64,000 nucleotides of DNA, taken from an uncultured delta proteobacterium. Lineage in GTDB: Bacteria > Desulfobacterota > Binatia > Binatales > Binataceae. The notes beneath the pieces are model-generated. The model saw nothing but the letters and a program-made list of their open reading frames with translations. It was not told where the DNA came from and searched no databases. Positions 59,036 through 64,000 of this stretch are shown one piece after another. The stretch lies in contig CAVRVY010000003.1 in the NCBI GenBank assembly GCA_963724765.1, positions 352,001 to 416,000 on the forward strand, given 5' to 3'. The position numbers were made by a program, and so were the translations under genes. Each line of letters begins with the position of its first letter. Positions within the stretch are counted from its first letter, which is position 1.

Positions 59036-60157
59036 TCATGCGAGATAACGGTAGGCGACCGCGCCGATTGCGCGGGTGACGGACAGCGGCAGCCGGCGCC
59101 AGATTCGCGCCAGCGCACTCGTGGAATGATCGGCCGTCTCGGCGCTTGTGTGACGCGGCGGGCGGGGAAAGTAGCTATAGGGAAGCGGCGACGGCACGGC
59201 GCCCATCTCAGCCTTGAAGCGCGCGAGTCCCGTGTTGCTCGAGTCAGTGCGGCCAAGGTCGAGCACCGCCGCCTTGCCCGCGTGATGCTCCAGGATGCTG
59301 AAGAACAGAAGATGCGAGGCGCCTGCGGTGCTCTCAGCCGCGCGCGCCGACCATTTGGCATAGAGCTTGGGACCGTCGCGCAGCAGCACGACCGCGGCCT
59401 GGTCGCGCCCGGCGCACGACGCCAGCCAGACCTCGAGGCCGTGGGTCTGGGCGAAGACCTCGCGCACGAGCGAAAAGAAACGCAGCGGCTGCGGCGGCAC
59501 GCCCAGGCGCCGTCGGGTCTCGAGCTGGATCGTATAAAAGCGGCCTAACATCGCGGCGCTATCGCCGGTCTCGACGGTGAGCGATTCGGATGCGGCGCGC
59601 TTTACCTGGCGGCGAAAATTTCGATCCGCCGCGCGCTGGATCTCCGCGAACGGACGTCCGAGATCAATCGACCATTGCTCAAAGCTGTCGACCGTCTGCC
59701 ATGGCGCGGCGGCCTTGATCCCCCGAATCTCCAGACTGCCGCCGATCCGCGATTCGGCGGTCAGGGCGCGCATCAATGCGGCGGTCGCATTCTCATCAAT
59801 GCCCAGTGGCGCGCATGAATCGGAAAACGGCAGACCGACGACGCGGCGGTTAAACGGATTCCTGGTGCGCGACAGCAGACAGCCGGCGAGGACTTTGCCG
59901 CGGCGTTCGATAGTTGCCGCGAAAACCTGAAATCCATAGGCGCGGCGGAGCACCTGCGCCCACGCCGGCGTGTGAAATAACGTGGCATTGCCGCTCGCTT
60001 CGCCAAGCTGCTCCCATCGGTCAAGCGCCTGGGCAAGCGGTTGGATCGTTACGCCAAGCGGAGGCTCGGCGTCGCCGGTGCCGTCCATCGCCGGGTCCAG
60101 CGCGAACGTCTGCGCGCCGAAAGTATGGGAATCGAAATTATGCCTGGTGACCGCCAT
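59036..60157 (-). CDS. FemAB-like/CelD-BcsL GNAT-family protein
   Basis: LFHTPAW, LPFSD, RRLGVPPQP, LDLGRT...GLARFK. Confidence 0.82.
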   Translation of the reverse strand: MAVTRHNFDSHTFGAQTFALDPAMDGTGDAEPPLGVTIQPLAQALDRWEQLGEASGNATLFHTPAWAQVLRRAYGFQVFAATIERRGKVLAGCLLSRTRNPFNRRVVGLPFSDSCAPLGIDENATAALMRALTAESRIGGSLEIRGIKAAAPWQTVDSFEQWSIDLGRPFAEIQRAADRNFRRQVKRAASESLTVETGDSAAMLGRFYTIQLETRRRLGVPPQPLRFFSLVREVFAQTHGLEVWLASCAGRDQAAVVLLRDGPKLYAKWSARAAESTAGASHLLFFSILEHHAGKAAVLDLGRTDSSNTGLARFKAEMGAVPSPLPYSYFPRPPRHTSAETADHSTSALARIWRRLPLSVTRAIGAVAYRYLA

Positions 60158-60202
60158 CGTCGAAACGTCCTCCCTCATTCTCCTGCGCTCTCCTGAACGG
60201 AT

Positions 60203-60928
60203 TCAAGCGGAACGGTTCTTGGGAATTATATAGGCCCCTGCCAGCTTGAATCCCCACTGCGTCACCCACGTGCCTTCGGCCGCGAGCGTGAATCGCCCCT
60301 TTTCGACGACCCGGATGGACGGCTGATTGATGGCCTCGACGACATACCACAAGCGCCGCCCCGGCTTAGCGAGCATCGCCACTATCGTCTGAAGCGCGAA
60401 GAATGCAAGGCCTCTTCCGCGATGCGCAGGATCGGTCCAGGTGTCGCCAATCTGGAAGTCGTCGTCGGCTACGAACGGAAAGCGCCAATACCTCGGAGTA
60501 AATCCTGAATAGTGCACCAGCCGCTCGCGGTCATAGACCAGCAAGACGCCGCACCCCGGGCCGGCGAACAGATGCAGCCTATGTATGGCCCATCGGAAGA
60601 GGAATCTCAGCCTGAGTCTGACGCTCAAGAGCCCCTGCGGCAACGTAGGCCAGATTCGCGGCCGCCACACGGTCCACGAATACGGAGCAGGCAGGGCGCC
60701 GGCGGCAGTGTCGTCGTTTGCGCACTCGTGGCGCGCGTTCTCGTCGCCCGCACTCTCGCCGCAGGTGTAACAGTAAAAAAGATAATGGGGATCCAGACGG
60801 GTCTCCGATTGAGACGGCGCGAATTCCTCAGGCATCTCTCGCGCTGAAAACTTCTGAGGGGGTGATACTATCGCGTTGGTTGCACTCATCCAGATGCCAG
60901 TCGTTGGTCGGAAGGCCAAGGACCTCAC
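60203..60928 (-). CDS. GNAT-family N-acetyltransferase
   Basis: WTDPAHRGRGLA, NQPSIRVVEK; start uncertain. Confidence 0.75.
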   Translation of the reverse strand: MRSLAFRPTTGIWMSATNAIVSPPQKFSAREMPEEFAPSQSETRLDPHYLFYCYTCGESAGDENARHECANDDTAAGALPAPYSWTVWRPRIWPTLPQGLLSVRLRLRFLFRWAIHRLHLFAGPGCGVLLVYDRERLVHYSGFTPRYWRFPFVADDDFQIGDTWTDPAHRGRGLAFFALQTIVAMLAKPGRRLWYVVEAINQPSIRVVEKGRFTLAAEGTWVTQWGFKLAGAYIIPKNRSA

Positions 60929-60946
60929 AAACTCGCCAAATAGATG

Positions 60947-60961
60947 GCAAGAGATATGCCA
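60947..60961 (-). promoter_or_regulatory. sigma54 -24/-12 promoter
   Basis: TGGCAT-ATCTC-TTGC (GG-N10-GC) upstream of the GNAT unit. Confidence 0.7.
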
Positions 60962-61217
60962 TGCTCAAGGGAGCACTGTTAAAAGAGCAAATGCTCATAA
61001 ATCAGCGTGTTTAGCACTGTCTCGCCTCAGCCGCCTGCACGGATCGCCATATCACGACAAAGGCGAGGTATTTTTTACAGTACAAGTTTTACCGTCCAGC
61101 GCGCCAATGTAGGCCGCCAAGCTGACGTACGCCCGCCAAGCGACCTGCGCCAAAGCCGACCCCCCGCGACCAACGAGCCTCCCGCTGATCATCGGAGAGG
61201 ATGATGGACGTCGCCGA

Positions 61218-61637
61218 TTAAGGCGAGACCGGCATTTGCGCGGTGGCGGTGAGAGTCAATTGCTTCGACTGCATGAAGGGAACCTGGATGTTGTACGTGT
61301 AATTGATCACGACCTTGGCATCCAGTTGCGACGGGACATTGAGGTCCTGCGGAAAGCTGACGGTCACATTGCTGGTGGTCAGTCCAAGACTGGGGGCGGC
61401 AGCGATTGCGACCTTCTGTATAGAAGACTCGTCAGCGGCAGTGCTGCCATGGATGAGCGCGAAGCGCGCGCCCTCTCTGGCCGCTGCGCTAATCGAATTA
61501 TAACTAAACACCATGTGGCCCATGAGGAGAATGGCAAAGGTGGTCATTAGTAGCAAGGCAGCGCCGAGCGCAAACTCGACCATCGTTTGGCCCGTTTGAT
61601 AGCAGCACAGACCTATCGATGCGCCGATTCGCTTCAT
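61218..61637 (-). CDS. tadE: TadE-family minor pilin
   Basis: G|QTMVEFAL, AAREGAR; ATGA overlap with the upstream gene. Confidence 0.88.
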   Translation of the reverse strand: MKRIGASIGLCCYQTGQTMVEFALGAALLLMTTFAILLMGHMVFSYNSISAAAREGARFALIHGSTAADESSIQKVAIAAAPSLGLTTSNVTVSFPQDLNVPSQLDAKVVINYTYNIQVPFMQSKQLTLTATAQMPVSP

Positions 61638-62122
61638 TGTAGGACCTGCATTTCTGCGGTTCTGGTCAGAGTGACCGGGTTCGAGAGCCCCGGGTACCGG
61701 CCGAACGTGGAAAGCGAAGCCGATACGGTGACGGTCACGTAGGTCGCCCCCGGGTTGTCCGAGCAATCGTAGGCCGAGGGGCAGATCGAGACGGTGGTTG
61801 CGGTACTGACGCAGGTGCACTGGCTTATTGTGGGAGAGCCGCTCGTTAAGGAAATGTTTGAGGCGTCATTGAGTACCGCCGACTTGATTCCGCTCGCATT
61901 AGCCGCAGTGGTCAGGCTTTCCGAGCCAAATTGCGCGCCGGCCCGGGCCGCGTCGCTCACGGTAACGTAGGTATAAAATATTCGGCCGAGGTCACACGCC
62001 AGCAGCAACAGGGTAGTCAAAAAGAACATGCTGAACGCGAGCTCGACATAGCTCTGGCCCCTATGCCAACGCTGCAAGGCGAGCCCGAATCGCTTTTGCC
62101 GACGGTATTCTCGCTTATTCAT
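61634..62122 (-). CDS. tadE: TadE-family minor pilin
   Basis: RG|QSYVELA, DLGR, AARAGAQ, Cys-rich domain. Confidence 0.88.
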   Translation of the reverse strand: MNKREYRRQKRFGLALQRWHRGQSYVELAFSMFFLTTLLLLACDLGRIFYTYVTVSDAARAGAQFGSESLTTAANASGIKSAVLNDASNISLTSGSPTISQCTCVSTATTVSICPSAYDCSDNPGATYVTVTVSASLSTFGRYPGLSNPVTLTRTAEMQVLQ

Positions 62123-63410
62123 AGATGGTACTGGACTGGAGCGGAGAGGTGCCACCCAGGCTGGTAAAGTCGTCGCAAATGTTGATGTTGGTAGTTCCGG
62201 TTATCTTGAGAGTATCGGCAATCAGCAAAGTATATTCGCTGTTGGGGCCTGTGCAGTTACCAGACAGGTTGGAGCTGCCTTCGTATGTAAGCTCGCTGGT
62301 CGGAAAATAGGGGGCCCCGTCAAACACCGACGAGGAGCTTCCGGTAACGGTGTTGCTCGCCGCTACTCCAGTCGGCGTGATGGTTCTATCCTGAAAAAAC
62401 AGGACTCCCGGAATGCCCCCGCCCGAGCTCGAGGTGGGCGCGCTCAGCGTCACGGTACCGCTGCCGGACATGTCGATGGGTCCGTACCCTCCCGTTCCCG
62501 AAGTGTTGTAGAAAGTCACGCCCGTACCATTAATGGTTGCACTGCCGGTGACCTTCAGGCCCCCGCCTGCGAGGATGTACAGGCCCGAGCCAAAAGTTAT
62601 CGTGCCACTCCCAGTGATGGTGATACCGCCGCAATAGGTGCCGAGAGTCAGGGTGGCGCTGCTCGATGTTCTGTAATTGGTCTGATTGCAGCTTCCAACG
62701 GTAGGTTCCGCCAGCGATGCCAACGGGTCCGGAGCCGGTGCGATGCCGGTAACCGGGGTCGGTGTCCAGGTCGCAGAGCCCAGGTGATCGCCGCCGGCTA
62801 CACCGATGCCCGTTGCAGTGTATGTCCCGCTGCCGGAGCCGTAGAGCGCTTGCGAGTCGCTGGAGTCGACCAGAATGCCGCAGGCCGCGTTGAAGCCACC
62901 GCTGCCGGTCACCCAAAACGATTTGGTTGCGCTAGAGTCCAGCGCGTAGATGCACGCCGGTGAATTTGTGCCGCCGGCGATCGCCTGAGCGCTCACATTC
63001 ATCGAGCTATATCCAAACACCCGCAGAAAATAGATAGATATGGGCGCGGATACCTTGGCTTGGACACAGTCCTCGCCGCTCGTGTTCGGGCAGCTTACCT
63101 GCGTAACAGTGACCGACACGCTATTGGCGCTATTTTTGAAGCCATTGTTGCTAGCCGCGTCGGTGCCGGCCTGCTGGTATCCCGCCGACACAGTCGAGGA
63201 GCCTTGCAGCGCATTGGCGCCTACAATCGCCGCAGCATCTGCCGCTGTCTGCATCTGCCGCCGGGCGACGTACAGAAGACCCCCGTCGACGACCAGCCCG
63301 ACCATGCCAATGAGCGCGACCAACGCCAGTGAGACGAGCACGAATACCTGGCCGCGAGCAGGTCTCGATTTAGACCCGCGCAGGCGCCCCCTCAGCAAGC
63401 TGGCAGCCAT
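62115..63410 (-). CDS. tadG: TadG-like pilus tip protein with Gly/Ser/Thr beta-helix
   Basis: RG|QVFVL, VDGG, QTAADAAA, ACIYAL, GSG repeats; AGGAGG RBS. Confidence 0.85.
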   Translation of the reverse strand: MAASLLRGRLRGSKSRPARGQVFVLVSLALVALIGMVGLVVDGGLLYVARRQMQTAADAAAIVGANALQGSSTVSAGYQQAGTDAASNNGFKNSANSVSVTVTQVSCPNTSGEDCVQAKVSAPISIYFLRVFGYSSMNVSAQAIAGGTNSPACIYALDSSATKSFWVTGSGGFNAACGILVDSSDSQALYGSGSGTYTATGIGVAGGDHLGSATWTPTPVTGIAPAPDPLASLAEPTVGSCNQTNYRTSSSATLTLGTYCGGITITGSGTITFGSGLYILAGGGLKVTGSATINGTGVTFYNTSGTGGYGPIDMSGSGTVTLSAPTSSSGGGIPGVLFFQDRTITPTGVAASNTVTGSSSSVFDGAPYFPTSELTYEGSSNLSGNCTGPNSEYTLLIADTLKITGTTNINICDDFTSLGGTSPLQSSTIYE

Positions 63411-63458
63411 GCGGATTCCTCCTGAGATTTCAGTGCATTGCTGTAACGGCGGTTGCAG

Positions 63459-63473
63459 GCACGGGTCATGCCA
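63459..63473 (-). promoter_or_regulatory. Probable sigma54 -24/-12 promoter
   Basis: TGGCAT-GACCC-GTGC (GG-N10-GC) about 50 bp upstream of tadG. Confidence 0.55.
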
Positions 63474-63733
63474 CCCCCGTGCTCTAGGGCGAACCCTTAT
63501 TTCTCTCGAATTTTCAGGCGATTTTCGATTTGCATCGGCTTAATCCGTTGCGGTCGCGCAACTTTGGATCGCGGGCAGGATGTGCACCGGTGCAACGTCC
63601 CGCCGTCTCGCCTCCCGAAACTTCGGAAGGCTGAGCCGCGTATTCCTAAGGAAGGCGACGCCGATGTGGGCGACGGGCGCCCGAGCCCCGCCTGACTTTG
63701 TGCAGCCCTGTGAATTTTGCGAATTCTTCGCCA

Positions 63734-64000
63734 TCAGCGCCGACGCATCTTACGCGGCGGGTTGTAGACGTGGAAAAACGAAAACGCCGCGATGACCAGC
63801 GCGTGCGTGATCTTCTCCGACGCAATCAGCCGCCTCACGTCCCGAAGCGGCACAATCACGACCTCCGTCTCCTCCGAACCACCCAGGCGAGGCCGCCTGA
63901 CGCGACGCACGTTGCGGGCCACGAACGAGTAGCAGTAGTTGGGCTGGATTGCGGGATTGGGATGGACGCGGCCAAGCTCGAGCACATCCTCGGAGTCGTA
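63734..64000 (-). CDS. NUDIX hydrolase, C-terminal part
   Basis: LGRVHPNPAIQPNYCYSF...E...ITHALVIAA, typical of ADP-ribose pyrophosphatase-like C-termini. Confidence 0.75.
   Translation of the reverse strand, partial: YDSEDVLELGRVHPNPAIQPNYCYSFVARNVRRVRRPRLGGSEETEVVIVPLRDVRRLIASEKITHALVIAAFSFFHVYNPPRKMRRR

Overview
GC-rich bacterial chromosomal window. The gene content (tandem DUF1329 proteins, several LLM/F420-type oxidoreductases, sigma54 systems) suggests Candidatus Binatota or a related deltaproteobacterial-grade lineage; this is an inference. Most genes are housekeeping or metabolic: ppk1 5' end, an acyl-CoA cluster, hrcA, xseAB-tlyA, ctpA, lgt, dtd, trmL, a peptide ABC transporter, TPR/LolB-like lipoproteins and a Tad minor-pilin cassette. 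I saw no rRNA, tRNA, CRISPR array or transposase. The most interesting locus is 37.8-42.7 kb: two tandem paralogous secreted 'PPD...RWGDY' proteins, with a divergently transcribed small secreted protein that matches only their N-terminal pro-region (RTPExIAxD...PTIPQxxYxxLK). Other leads: a candidate pseudoknotted leader covering the RBS of a six-repeat propeller gene (26.07-26.17 kb), a four-copy ~24-bp repeat array (19.59-19.68 kb), sigma54 motifs ahead of the Tad and GNAT/GT87 units, and three interrupted genes that may be pseudogenes or assembly errors. All product calls come from motif recognition, not database searches.
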